Origin: Octopus sinensis
Taxonomy: Eukaryota
Assembly: GCF_006345805.1 (NCBI RefSeq)
Contig: NC_043013.1
Location: 13,826,001-13,890,000 of the forward strand
Direction of reading: 5' to 3'
DNA: 64,000 nt
Shown in pieces: positions 26,754 through 41,048 of the stretch (position 1 is its first letter; each line of letters begins with the position of its first letter). The notes beneath the pieces are model-generated. The model was not told the DNA's origin and did no database searches. It was given only the letters and a program-made list of their open reading frames with translations. The position numbers and the translations under genes were made by a program.

Positions 26754-29700
26754 TAATAATGATAATAGTCAAGACGAAGAGTGCGATTTGATTGTAAGAT
26801 ATTTTATTAGTTGAACGATATTTCAACAGTATGTCTGTCTGTGTCAAGTTCAAAATAAGAAGTGATAAAAATTCAAAATTACAGAAATTTAAACGTAAAG
26901 TATGAATGAGATCAACCAGCGTCTACACGTTGATGGAATGACATCATCAGTTTTTAAGATATTCCATCAACGTGTGGACGCTAGTTGCTCTCATTCATAC
27001 TTTACGTTTAAATTTCTTAGAAAGTGTTGTTAGACTACTTTATCCAATATGTTCTCCCTTTTTCAAAGATGGTAGGGGAAAAAAGAGGAGATATAACTGC
27101 TATTTTTTAAAGGTCAAATGACCATGTAAAGGTTATCTGAGGTCTTGGGAAATGGAAAGAGTGACATTTATGTATTATTCCAGAACATTACTTAGACTTG
27201 AGCCTGGGTTGATTCCAGGACTCCAGTTGACATTGAGAAAGCCCTAGACAGGTTTCCTGATCAGTTATCTGATGGTCAATGTGTAAACTAGGGATAAACG
27301 AGTGATTAGTGAGAGTTGTTCAAACCCTGTACAGGGATGCTGTTGGCAAGGTGAGGGTTGGCAACAAGTATAGTGAAGAATTCCTAGTAGAAGTAGGGAT
27401 TCACCAAGGATCAGTTCTCAGCCCCCTCTTATTCATCATAGTCCACCAAGCAATGACAGAAGAATTCAAGACAAGCTGCCCCTGGGAGCTCCTCTATGCT
27501 GATGACCTTGCTCTAATAGCTGAGACACTACCAGAACTAGAAGAGAAGTTCCAGTTGCAGAAGCAAGGTCTAGAATCAAAGGTCCTTAGAGTCAGTCAAG
27601 CAAAAACCAAAGTCCTAGTAAGTAGAAAAGCGGACAAATCACAAACCCATTCAAGTAGATGGCCCTGCTCGATCTGTAGAAAAGGCATTGGTAGGAACTC
27701 CATAAGATATACCCAGTGTAAGCTGTGGATGCATAAGCAGTGAAACAATATCAAAGGAAGGTTAACTGGGAAAATAGTTTTTGCTGTGAGGCAGATGCAC
27801 AAGGGCATTAACACCAAAGATGTACAAAAACACAGATTCCATCATATGCCAGAGGGAAAAAGTAGTTGTTGATAGCTTCTGTTACCTAGGTAACCAAGTC
27901 AGTAGCTGGGATGGATGCTCTGAGAGCGTAGCTGCTAGAATAAGAATAGCCTGGGCAAATTTCAGTGAGCCCCTACCTCTGCTGGCAACAAAGGAACTCT
28001 CACTTAGAGTGAAAGGTAGACTGTATGATGTATGCGTCAAACAGCTATGCTACATGGCAGTGAAACATGGGCTGTTACTTCAGAGGACATGCGTAGGCTT
28101 TAAAGAAATGAAGCTAGTATGCTTCGCTTCGATGTGTAATATCAGTGTGCATATATGACACAGTGTAAGTGCCCTGAGAGAAAATTTAGATATAAGAAGC
28201 ATCAGATATGCTGTGCAAGAGTGGCGACTGCTCTGGTATGGTCATGTGTTGTGTATGGACAAGGACAACTGTGTGAAGGAGTGTCATACCCTAACAGTGG
28301 AAGGAACCTGTGGAAAAGGTAAACCCAGGAAGACATGAGCTGAAGTGGTGAAGCATGACCTTTGAACATTGGGTCTCACCGAGGCAATGACAAGCGACCG
28401 AGACTTTTAGAGATATGCTGTGATTGAGAAGGACCGGCAAGTCAAAGTGTGATTGTACCCATGGTCAATGACAGTGTCGCATAACCGGTCTCATTAAAAG
28501 TACCCTCCAATCGTCAGACAATATACTGTGCTTCAGAATACCTGTTGGGTCAAGTGAAATTATAGTCGTGGCTGATGCCAGTGCCGCCTGCTGATTGCAC
28601 GTAAAAACACCATTTGAGCATGGTCGATGCCAGTGTTGCCTGACTGGCTCCTGTGCCAGTGGCACATAAAAAGTACTTTGAGTGTTGTCAATGCCAGTGC
28701 CGCATGACTGGCCCCCTTGCCAGTGGCATGTAAAAAGCACCCACTACACTCTCAGAGTGGTTGGCATTAGGAAGGGTATCCAGCCGTAGAAACCTTGCCA
28801 GATCAGTGCCCAACCTATGCCAGCATCGAAAGCAGATGTTAAATGATGATGATGGTGGTGGTGGTGGCCAGAAGATACTTTGTCCAAATATCTACTGTCA
28901 TTTTAGAATAAGAAATCAATATTTGAATATAATCCTTGATGTCTTGTCTTGCAGGTGCCTGGATCATAAGTACAGGTTTACATACTGGAATTGAAAAACA
29001 TATTGGGAAAACTATAAATGATGATGTCAAGAATAAAATTGTAACAATTGGTATTGCACCATGGAACTGTGTACAAAACAAGGAATCCCTAGTGAATAAA
29101 GTAAATTTCTATTCAATCTTTTTTTTTCTTTCCCTATATTAATATTAAGAATTGATTTATAACATTATAATTTTCTTTTTTAATTCTGATATTAATTGAA
29201 GTGTTTAAACATTAGATTACATCAACGAATCACGAAAAGACCCATATAATTTCCATAGCTTTGACAGGATCCTTTGTGCCCACATCTGGTGGTCAGTACA
29301 GGAGCTAGGGGTAGATGAGTGGTTAGTGAGTGCTGTGGCAGTCATGTACAGGGATGCTTTCAATAAAGTCAATGTTGGCAATGAGCATAGGATGAAAGTT
29401 AGTGTACAGGTAGGAGTTCACCAATGATAAGTTTTTGGTGCCCTCTTGCCATAACCGGAAAATTTGGAAACTCCTTTAAACTTGTCCCTACAGCTGAATT
29501 ACTATCTGAACGTTTTGATGCATAGAAAAGATGCTGATAGAACTTCATGTGGTATACTGAGTGCAAGATATGGTCACATAACAGGAGCAGCGGTATCACA
29601 GAAAGCTAACAGAGAAGCTAGTCTTTATATGTGGTAGATTTGCAGGTATATTAAGCAACAAGAATACACAGAGAATAGATTTCCTCAGATGTCTGGTGGA

Positions 29701-32700
29701 GTCCTTAGAAGTAATAGATAGGTGACCAAGTTAGCAGTAAAGGAAGAAACTCTGAGAGTGTAGCTACTTGAATAAAAATGCCATGGACAAAGTTCAGAGA
29801 ACTACTTTGTTGGTAATAGGAACTTTCCGTTACAGTGAAGAACAGATTGTATGATGACCGAGGCAATGACTAGTGACCAAGACGTTTGGAGATATGCTGT
29901 GCTTGAGAAGACCCGGCAAACCAAGTGAGACCATAACCTCATGGCCTATGCCAGGGGTGTAACCAGCCCACATATGCATACCTTTCTTTCATTAGACATT
30001 AAACTGCTTGCAAAGACCTATTGAGGCAAGTGAATTCGAAATCAAATTTGATGACTGGCATCCATGCTAGTGGAGCACTAAGAGCACCATCCGAGCATGA
30101 TCGTTGCCAGAGCAGCAAACTGGCGTTCGTGCCAGTGGCACATAAAAAGCACCATTCGAGCATGATCGTTACCAGCATCGCCTTACTGGCACTTGTGCTG
30201 GTGGCACATGAAAAAACATTCAATCGAGGTCGTTGCAAGTGCCGCTGGACTGGCTCCTGTGCATGTGGCATGTAAAAAACACCATTTGAGCATGGCCGTT
30301 GCCAGTACCACCTGACTGGCCCTCGTGCCTGTGGCACGAGGGCCACCCAGTTGTAGAAACTCTGCCAGATCAGATTGGAGTCTGGTGCAGCTATCTGGTT
30401 CGCCAGTCCTCAGTCAAATCATCCAACCCATGCTAGCATGGAAAGCAGACATTAAACGATGATGGTGATGATGATGAGGATATATATATATATATTGAAG
30501 GCGGCAAGCTAGCAGAAATGTTAGCATGCTGGACAAAATGCTTAGCAGTATTTTTCCGTCCGTTTTATGTTCTGAGTTCAAATTTCGCCAAGGTTGACTT
30601 TGACTTTCATCCTTTCAGGATCGAGAAATTAAGAACCAGGACAACAAAACATAACACCACACTTCATCCCAAAACATTACTGTTTATATCAACCCACAAC
30701 CTTAGAAACAGTGAGGCATACAACACTATTGCGTAAAATCTCCCTTTACTAACTAGAGACCTAAAAATGAACTACATCCTGAAAACACATAAACTCATCA
30801 AATGCAAAAAGCAACACAAATCGCTAAAGAGAGGCATAACAAATACGAAGCTTTACAAAACAACCACAAAACCAACAGTAAAATAAATGTGGACGCCCAA
30901 ACTGTGGAACCTGTCCCAACCTACTTGAAGGCTCGGATTTTCTTTTCAAACAAGGAGAGAGGTTCACAATTGTAACCAGTTTGACTTGTGCCTCTGAGAA
31001 CCTAATTTATGTAATAACCTGCTCGAGTTGTGGACTATGCTATATTAGACATACGAGTATGACTTTGAGACAGAGAACCATTCTATATAAAGAGCAGATC
31101 CAGTTCCCAGAATACAAATTCCTCTAAATGAACATAAAGAGAAATGTGCAAGTAACATCAAACCAAATTTCACAGTTTTCCCCTTCTACCAGTGCAACCG
31201 TATACTGATTCTCTCTCTCTCTCTCTCTGTTGCCCCTCTCTCTTTGTCTCTCTTTCCCTCCTTCCTCTTTGCTGCATATTTTTTGTGTCAGAACAAATAC
31301 ATCACATATTATACTTAGATGAAAATGATGTTCATAATATATGTAACAACTAAGATATTAATTTGGTTTCTAGGGATCATGGCCTGCAAAGTATGAGATA
31401 AAAGATGACACTGACTCAACAACATCTGCTTTGGATCCTAATCATTCACATTTTATCCTTGTTGATGATGGTACCCAAGAAACTTCTGGAGTAGAAATGG
31501 AGTTCAGAAAAATGTTTGAAAATACTATTACTGATTTAAATATCCGAGGTAGGTTGTTATTACAGAAAAATCTAAACATAACATGCAGAGCTGAAACGAA
31601 ATATTCTTTTCTACTCTAGGCACAAGGCCCGAAATTGTTGAGGAGTGGTGGGGCAGTCGATTATATCAAGCTCAGTATGCAACTGGTACTTAATGTTTTG
31701 ACTCCGAAAGGATGAAAGGCAAAGTCAACCTCGGCAGAATTTGAACTCAGAATGTAAAGACAGATGAAATACAAATAAGCACTTCGCTCAGCATGCTAAA
31801 GTTTCTGCCAACTTGCTGGCTTAAACGAAATATTCAGAATACCGTGTTAATTTTATGCATACAACATATTAAATATTTATTTTTAATTGGGAACCAGTCT
31901 TTTATAGGTTATAGTCTATTGTAAATAAATTTAATATTTTCATATCATTCTATTGGACATATAATATAACGAAGCAGTGGAAAGAAAGTCTATACACGAC
32001 ACATTACTATTACTCTTACACGAGACTCAGTGCTCTGTCATGGCTAACAGTGACCTGCTTACCAACAGAAACTTTTCTCTTTATTTGTCTATAAAAAGCA
32101 TACACAGAGAGGGACGAACAAAGGCAGACAAGACAGCACAAGTGGGGACAAAAACATAATTGGATGAATGATATGAAATAATATAATGAAGATGTAATAG
32201 CTACTACCTGAGCCCACTTTTGAGTAGTATCATTGAAATCTGTTTTTGTTACGTCTTGCAACAATAGACTCTCAAGACTATTGAAAAGGTTGCAAGATGC
32301 AACAAAAAATTTAAGAAAATAAAAATAAGAAATAAGTGGAAATTTTACCGGTGAGTGTGTTACATTATAAGGCACAAAAAGAAAATGACTCTCCCCAGAC
32401 ACAACAGAATATGCTTCAACACACGAACTCATATAAAGTATCTTGCAAACCAAATCCAAAAACGAAATATTTTACTGAATAGTAATGATACAGCTTTAGT
32501 ATTTTAAAATCCACCACAGGTGGCAAACATTCCTGATATTTCACTTCCATCTCCAATGTGCTTATTTCATTACCAAAATTGGCTTTAAATTTTTTATAAT
32601 CTTTTCTATCAATTATTATTTATAAATTTTTTTCTATCAATACATTCTATACCTGGAACTTTGATGTTTTCTTCCTCTCTCATTCTAATAACTCTTCATT

Positions 32701-35700
32701 TTCTATATTTTCCCTTCAATAGCTACATGTGTCCACTAATGTGTTACATATGCTATTTTAAACTTTTATGGGATGCTCCCATAAATTAAACAATTTCATC
32801 CAATCAGTTCCAAATGAGTTTTTTGTATTATTTAACAGAAAACATTAGCTTTTATGCTTTTCTTATGAAATGTAATGTTACTTGTCAATCCACCTTTAGA
32901 ATATAACATTTAGGATCAACACCACTAAAACCAACCCTATGGCTGTGATATGTTGATGACACCTTCATATTCTGGCCCCACCAAGAAGATGTTCAAATGC
33001 TGTTAGATATAAATATATATATATTTATATGTATGTATATATTTATGTGCCTGTGTTTGTCCCCCTGCCATCACTTGACAACCAATGCTGGTGTGTTTAT
33101 ATCCCCATAACTTAGTAGTTTGGTAAAGACACCGATAGAATAAGTACTAAGCTTACAAAGAATAAGTCTTGGGATTGATTTCTTCTACTAAAATCCATTT
33201 AAGATAGTGCTCCAGCATGGCTGCAGTTAAATGACTGAAACAAATTAAAGAATAAAAGAATTCATCAGGAATGTTTTACTTTTAATCAGATATAGTTTAT
33301 GGACTAATCAAATATATTTTGTATCTTATATATGTTATATTTTCTCTTGTAATTTTAGAGACTGGATTCAAGGTTCCAGCTGTTGCAGTAATGGTTGGAG
33401 GTGAACTGGAAACTCTGAAGTCAGTCTCTGACTCAATATCACGCAACATCCCAGTTGTAATAGTAAAGGTCAGTAAATAGACTATTCTTTGAATAAGATT
33501 ATTAGATGTTTATTCAGTCTTTAATGATTGCATATCTGATGAAGTCTATAGTTAGGAAACCTAAAAGGAAGGACTCTATGAGTATTTCGTTGGTGCAGAA
33601 TTTTATATCAATATTTTATTTAATGATTTACCTGGTTGTTAGTTTTCTGGTTTTCTTATGACTATTTGTATTGGATGAATGATTTTATGTGTATTTAATT
33701 CAGAATATTTTATAACAAATGTTCTTTAAAAAATCTGTCTCTGAATTGAACCATGAATAATAATTTATTTTCTTGATATTAACGACTTAAGGGAAAATGT
33801 TATCATAGACACTGTAGTTCTAACATGTTGAAAGACATGAAGTAATCAAAGAACTCTAATAGCTTCTGTTTTAAAGGAAACAAAGAACTTGTCCTTCCTA
33901 CTAAAAACTACCAACAATACCTTCACTACATTTACAAGACATCCTAAAAGAAGGCAAGAGTTAAGTTGGAGCAAACTATAAACAGTGCAAGGTACTATAA
34001 TTTGACCGACACAAAGATCCATCCTACATCATATTAGTCCTATCTGAACCCCTAATCTCTTGATAATCTACAAAGATCACAAAATAGTCCATTTCTCATT
34101 CTTACAAACTATATATAAACCATTTTCAAAGATATATAAACCATTTTCATAATAAAATTGTTGCAGGGATGTTTAGCATCTTCAAAACTTGGAAATCAAA
34201 CATGGATCATTATGTCTGGTATAAAGAAACAACTCAAGAATATGATAGTGATTTACTAAAATACTGACCATTCAAAACTTTGTGTGGAATCAGGTCTAAC
34301 CACAATTTTATTTTTAGCGCACAGTTTCTGACCAAGACCATAGTTATACATTCATTGCATTTTAGCCACTACAGACAAATGGTAGACAATAAACTGGACA
34401 CAGCACTCAGCAGACAGTAGCAAAACCAAAGGCAGACCATAACACTGTCACAACACAAAGACAATGGACATCAGCAGCAGCAACCCACCATGAGCAGCTA
34501 ACAAAATGAAAGGACACATTAGATGTCATAGTTGTTAATATGCTAAAGAATGAGATGGTCATGGCTTGAATGCCCTTTGATCAAAAGTCAACTTGATCAA
34601 GGCTAATGTTGATTTAAGCAGCAACAACAGCCTATACAATAAAACCAAAATGTTTGAAATGAAAATTCCACCTGAATATGCATAGGCAGAGTTTATTAAA
34701 ACCCCACTCAATCTTTGCTGTTATCTATTCAATGAAGCTAATACCCTCAAACACATTAGCTTATTTAATCTCAAGCTCTGTGCTGAGAAACGAATCGATA
34801 GAGACAAGTACAGAAGCACAGTAATTGTCACACTCCAAGAAGGATTGCTGTCAACTTCTGTTCGTAGCTAGAAATAGATAGAACAGTGGGAGAAATCAAT
34901 CTATCTATCCATTTCTCTGTTTCAATCAACAGCTCCATGTGCACAGATGAACCAGAGGATTAAGAGTTCAAATCCACTATTCTGTTTCATTGCCGATGTC
35001 TTTATTTCAAATTGTCACAACTCAACCCTAAGGAATTGGTACCAGAACAATTTGGTTCAGTCTCATACAAGAACAGCAGTTGACTCTATCTACTTTACTA
35101 TTGTCTCCAAAGTCTAGTTCTAATAATGCCTCTGTATATCATGCCTGGATGTTTTATGGCTAAGTTTACATGAAATTCCTCATGTATAGTGACTCTAACA
35201 ACAGGGTGACATTATGGCATTCAGCAGTGTATTTTAAAGTATTTTTTCAAAATACTTCTTTGTTCTTAGATTAATTAATAGAAACACTTTAAATTTCTTC
35301 TTTTAATTATCAGGGAACTGGTCAAGCAGCAGACGTTATGGCATATGCTTATGAAAGAGTATTTGGAAAACGAAAGGAAATTATGGATTTCGGGTTTGTT
35401 TTTCATTTTTATCAATTAATAATTGTTGTTATTGTTGTTGAAGAGTTTGCAGATGATTTTTGTTACCTGTATGGCCTAATTAGCAGTGGAGGAGGAAGTT
35501 CTGAAAGTGTAATTGCTAGAATAAGAATAGAATGGTAAAAAAGTTCAGAGAGCTTTTACCTCTGTTGGCAAACAAAGGAGGCTTTCTCACTGAGTGAAAG
35601 GAAGATTGTATGATGCTAGTGTACAAAGATCAGTACAACAGAATAGTGAGACATGGGCCCTAAATGCAGATGACGCATGAAGACTTGAAAGGGATGCAGC

Positions 35701-37587
35701 AAGTATGCTTCACTGGATGTGTGATGTCAGTGAACATGCACATGTATTAAGAGAAAGGTTAGGTATAACATGTATTGGATGAAGTATGTAAGACAGAAGA
35801 GTGAGTTGGTTCAATCAGGTGGTGTATATGGACAAGGATAGTTGCATAAAGAAGTGTTGATCACTTGAAGTGAAAAAAACTTGTAGAAAAGGGAGATTCA
35901 GTAAGACATGAAGCATGGAAGGCTGATCAGAAGATGTTGAGCCTTAAGGAGGAAATAACAAAGGATCGAGATATCTAGTACCTTTCAGTGCTTGAGAAAA
36001 TCTGACCACCAAAACAGAACTGAAATAAAAAAAATAATAAAAAATGCCTTAGAAAATGCTTATACATGTAAAGCTCTACCCTCACTGCTATTCCCACTGC
36101 CCCATGGAGATATTTCCCCATATCTCAGCCATTACACACTTCACTACTTAATCTCAGATATCATTCAGTTGCCATAGTCACCTGCAAGCAGAATAGGAAA
36201 ACCACACCTCCCCATCCAAGAGCCAATTCCTGTCCTCATTACCTTCCCTCAGGCAGGGACCCTCTGCTGTTAGCTATGCTCAATCCTTAGATCAATTTCC
36301 TTACCTCATTATCGTTCATTCCTCATACTCATTCTCCATTCTGCAAGATCCATGCTTAGAACCACTTCTTTTCCTAATTATCTTCCTCCAGCCATGCTTT
36401 CTCTCCCTTCTGCTAGACTCCTTTCATAGAACCAGTTAACTTTATCCTTAGAAACATTTCATTTCATCATTATCTTTATTCAGCCATGCACTTTCTACCT
36501 CTGCTGGACTCCATAATGAGAACCACTTCTTTTCCTCATTATCTTCATCCAGCTATGCTCTTTCTCCCCTCTGCTAGACTCCATCCTTAGAAACACTTCT
36601 TATTCTTATTATATTCCTTCAGTCATGCTCTCTCCATCTCCTGATGAACTAAATCCATAGAACCACATATTTTATACATCATCTTTCTCTGGCATTGCTC
36701 TCTTTCCACTCTGCTAGACTACATCTTTGGAAACTCTTCCTTTCCTCATTATCTTCTTCCAGCCATGCTCTCTCGTTTCTCTGCAAAACTCCATCCTTTC
36801 CACATTGTCTTCTTCCACTGATGCCCTTCCTCCCCTCTGCTACACTGAATCCTTAGATCAATTCCCGTTTCTCATTAATATTCCTCCAACTATGCTCCCT
36901 CTCCCCTCTGTAAGACTCCATCCTTCAAACCAATGCCTTCTCTCCCCCCCTACTGGGTTCTATCCCTAGAACCACTTCCTTTCCTCATTCTCTTCATCCA
37001 GCCATTCTCTCTCCCCACTCTGCTACCCTCCATTCTTAGAACCACTTCCTTTTCTCATTACCTTCCTCCAGCTAGTCTCCCTCTCTCCTATTGTAGATTC
37101 AATCCTTAAAAACTCTTCCTTAACACATTATCTTCTTCAAACCATGCTCTCCCCCCCTCTACTAGACTTCATTTCTTTCCTGGTTATATCCTTCCAGCCA
37201 TGCTCTCCCAATACTCTGCCAGATTTCATACAGGAAACGTCTTCCTTTCTTAATTCCCTTCATCAAGCCATGCTTGTTTTCCCCTCTAAGAGACTCTTTT
37301 TCTTGTCATCTTTCTTTGTTAACTTCAATTGGACTCCATCCCTAAAACATCATTTCCTCATTATCATACTCCAACCACTCTCTCTCTACCCTCTAATAGA
37401 CTTTACCTTTATAACCACTTTATTCCTTACCATCTTTCTCAAGAAATGCTTTCATTCTTCTCTACTTGACTCCATTCTTAGAACCATTTCCTTTCCTCAT
37501 CATCTTTACTCAACCATGCTCTCTCTTCCCTCTGGTAGATTCCTTTCTTAGAACCACTTATTTCCTCATTATCGTTCTTCAACAATG

Positions 37588-37628
<41 letters not shown>

Positions 37629-40600
37629 TCTGCTGAGTCCATCCTTAGAACCACTTCCATTTCTCACTATTTTCATCAAACCATGCTCTCTTTCCATCTG
37701 GTAGACTCTATCCATAGAACCACTTCCTTTCCTCATCATCTTTCTCCACCCACACTCTCTCTACCATCTTAGAGACTGCACTTGCTTTCCTCATTGTCTT
37801 TCACCAGCTATGCTTTCTCTCCACTCTGCTTAAAACTATTTTCTTTCTTCCTCAAGACCATTTCCTTTCCTCATTATGTTTTTCTAGACATGCTCTCTCT
37901 ACACTATACCAGACTCCATCCTCAGAATCACTTCCTTTCTTCATCATCTTCCTCCAGCCATATTCTCTCTGCTGGAATCCATTCATAGAACCACTTACTT
38001 TCCTCATTTCCTACCCCCCCCACCTCATGCTTTCTATTACCTCCGCTAGACTCCATCCTTAGAACAACTTCTTTTCCTTATTATTTTCCTCCAGCCATGC
38101 TCTCTCTCCCCTCTGCTAGTCTCCATCCTTAAAACAATTTCCTTTCCTAATTATTTGTACCCAGCCATCCTCACTCTCCCCTCTGCTGCACATCATACTG
38201 GTAACCACATACTTCCTTAATTATCTCCATGCAGCCAGGCTCTACGTTCCTTTTGTTAAACTCTGAAATTTGGACCACTTCTTTGTGCATTATCTCCCTG
38301 CAACCATGCTCCCTTTCCCCTCTGCAAGACTCAATTCTTAGAACCACTTGCTTTCCTGATTATCATTCTTCAGGTATGGTCTCTTTCCACTCTGTGTGAC
38401 TCCATCCTTAGATCTACTTTCTTTCATCATGAACATTTTTCAGATATGCTCTCTCACCTATCTACTGAAGTTCATGTTCAGAACCACTTCCTTCACATAT
38501 TATCCTCCTTCAGCCTAGCTTTGTCTCCCCTCTAAAGCAATACATCCTGAGAACCACTTCCTTTCCTTATTTACCTTCCTCTATTCAAGCTCTTGCCCCC
38601 CTCTCCTAAACTCTCTCTTTAGAACAAATTGCTTTCCCCATTATATCTTTCTCCACCAGTGCTCTTTCTCCTCTCTACAAGATTCCATCCTTGGAGCCAA
38701 TTCCTTTCCTCATCATGTTCTTTCTCCTGTCCGTTGATGCCATCCTTAGAACCACTTCCATTTCTCACTATTTTCATCAAGCCAGGCTCTCTCTCTCTCT
38801 CTCCCCTCTGAAAGATTCTATTCTAAGATCCACTTGCTTTCCTCATTAACATTGTCCTGCCATTCTCTCACCATTCTACTGATCTACACTCTCACCATTC
38901 TGTTAATAATCCACTCTCACCATTCTACTAATCTCCATACACAGAACCACTGCCTTTCCTTATTATCTTCTCACAACCATGTTCTCTCTCTCCTCTGTTC
39001 ACTCTATCCTGAGAATCATCCTTAGAACCACTTCCTTTCGTAATTATCTGCTATGTGCCATCATTCAAACCACTTGCTTTCATCATTATCATTCTTCAAC
39101 AATGCTCTACCTCACTACTGATGGACTCCATCTTTAGAACCACTTCCTTTTCCTGATTACATTCTTCCATCAATGCTGTCTCTATACTCTGTAAGATTCC
39201 TTCCATAGAACCACCTGCATTCTTCATTTTACCTTTTCTCCACTCATGGTCTCTCTCTTTTCTGTAAGACACCATTCTTAGAACCACTTTCTCTCCTCAT
39301 TATCTTCCTTTAGACAAAGGTGATGGGCTGGAAGAATCAATAGCATGGTAGATGAAATGCTTAGTGGCATTTTGCCTGTTGCTCCGTTCTGAGTTCAGAA
39401 TTTGCCAAGGTCAACTTTGCCTTTCATCCTTTCAGGGTCAATAAATTACGTACCAGTCGATCACTGGGGTTGATGCAATCGACTCCTCCCCTCGCTCAAA
39501 ACGGCTGCCATTGTGGCAAAATACGAAACCATTATTTTCTTTAGACATGATTTCTTTCTCCTCTACTTGACCTCATCCTTAGAACCAATTCCATTCCTCA
39601 TCATCTTTCTCCAACAATTTTCTCTTTCCCTTCTGCTACATTACATCCTTTGAACCACTTCTTTTCCTCTTTACCGTTCTACTTCATTCCATCTTTAGAA
39701 ATATTTTCTCTCCTTACTATCTTCCATCAGCCATGCTCTCTATCCTGCTTGCTATACTCCATCCTTAGAATCAATTCCATTTCTGACTGTCTCCAGCCAT
39801 GCTCTTTCTTCACCGTGCTACTCCTTCCCTATAACTACTTCCTTTTCTCATTGTCTTTCTCCAGCCACTTCCTTTTCTCATTGTCTTTCTTCCTTTTCTC
39901 ATTGTCTTTCTCATTGTCTTTCTCTTTCTTCCCTTACCACACTCAATCCTTCGACCCACTTCTTTTTCTAATTATATTTCAATGTACTCCCTTGTTAATG
40001 TTGTACTCCATTTTTTTAACAACTACCTTTCTTCATCATCTTCCTCCCACCGTACTCTCTCTCCACCCCTTGGAACCACATTGTTTCCTCATTTTCTGCC
40101 TCCTGGAATGCTTTGTCACCCTCTGCTAGAATCCAGGCTAAGAACCACTTCATCTGTTCATTATCCTTCTCCAACCATGTTCTCCCTTCTCTCTTCCAAT
40201 CCTCATTTCCTTTCTACAGCCATGCTCTCACTTCTCTTTGCTAGACTCCATCCTTTCCTTATTATATTCTTCCACTTATATTCTCTCTCTCCCCTTTACT
40301 AGACTCATCCCTTAGGACTATTTTCTTTCCTCTAGCCAAGCTCTTTCTTCTCTTTGCTAGACTTCATCCTTTCCTTATTATAGTCTTCCAGCTATATTCT
40401 TTCTCCCCTTTGCTAGACTCCATACTCTCTCTTCCCTTTGCTAGACTCCATCTTGAGAACCACATCCTTTCCATATTATCTTCCTCCAGCCATGCTCTCT
40501 TTTTCCTCTTCTATATGCCATCCTTAAAAACACTTCTTTTCCTTATTTTTGCCTCCAATAATGCTCTCTTTCTCCTCTGCTATTCTTCATCCTTAGAACC

Positions 40601-41003
40601 TCCTAAAGTCCTCATTATCATCATCCAGCCATGCTCTCTCTTCCCTTTGCTAGACTCCATCCTTAGAACTAATTTCCTCCAGCCATGCACTCTTCTCACT
40701 CTGATGTATTCCATACTCAGAACTACTTCCATTTCTCACGATTGACCTCCAGCCATGCTATTTCCTCATTGCAATACTCCAACCTTCAAATCAGTTTCTT
40801 TCCTTATTTTTCCTCCAAAAATGCACCCCACTTCCTCTATCTCTCTGCTAGGCTCCAACCTTAGAACCACTTCTATTCCTCATGGTCTTCCTCCAGCCAT
40901 GCTCTCTATCTCTCTGCTAGACTCTATCTTTCTCCAACAATGGTCTCTTCCCATCTAATCCATTCTTAGAACTACTTTGTTTCTTCATTATCTTCCTCCA
41001 GCC

Positions 41004-41048
<45 letters not shown>

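Noticed and set aside
33536-33575. CTGATGA...GAAAC hammerhead-like core
   Set aside because: Stem II does not pair well and there is no NUH site or stem I partner
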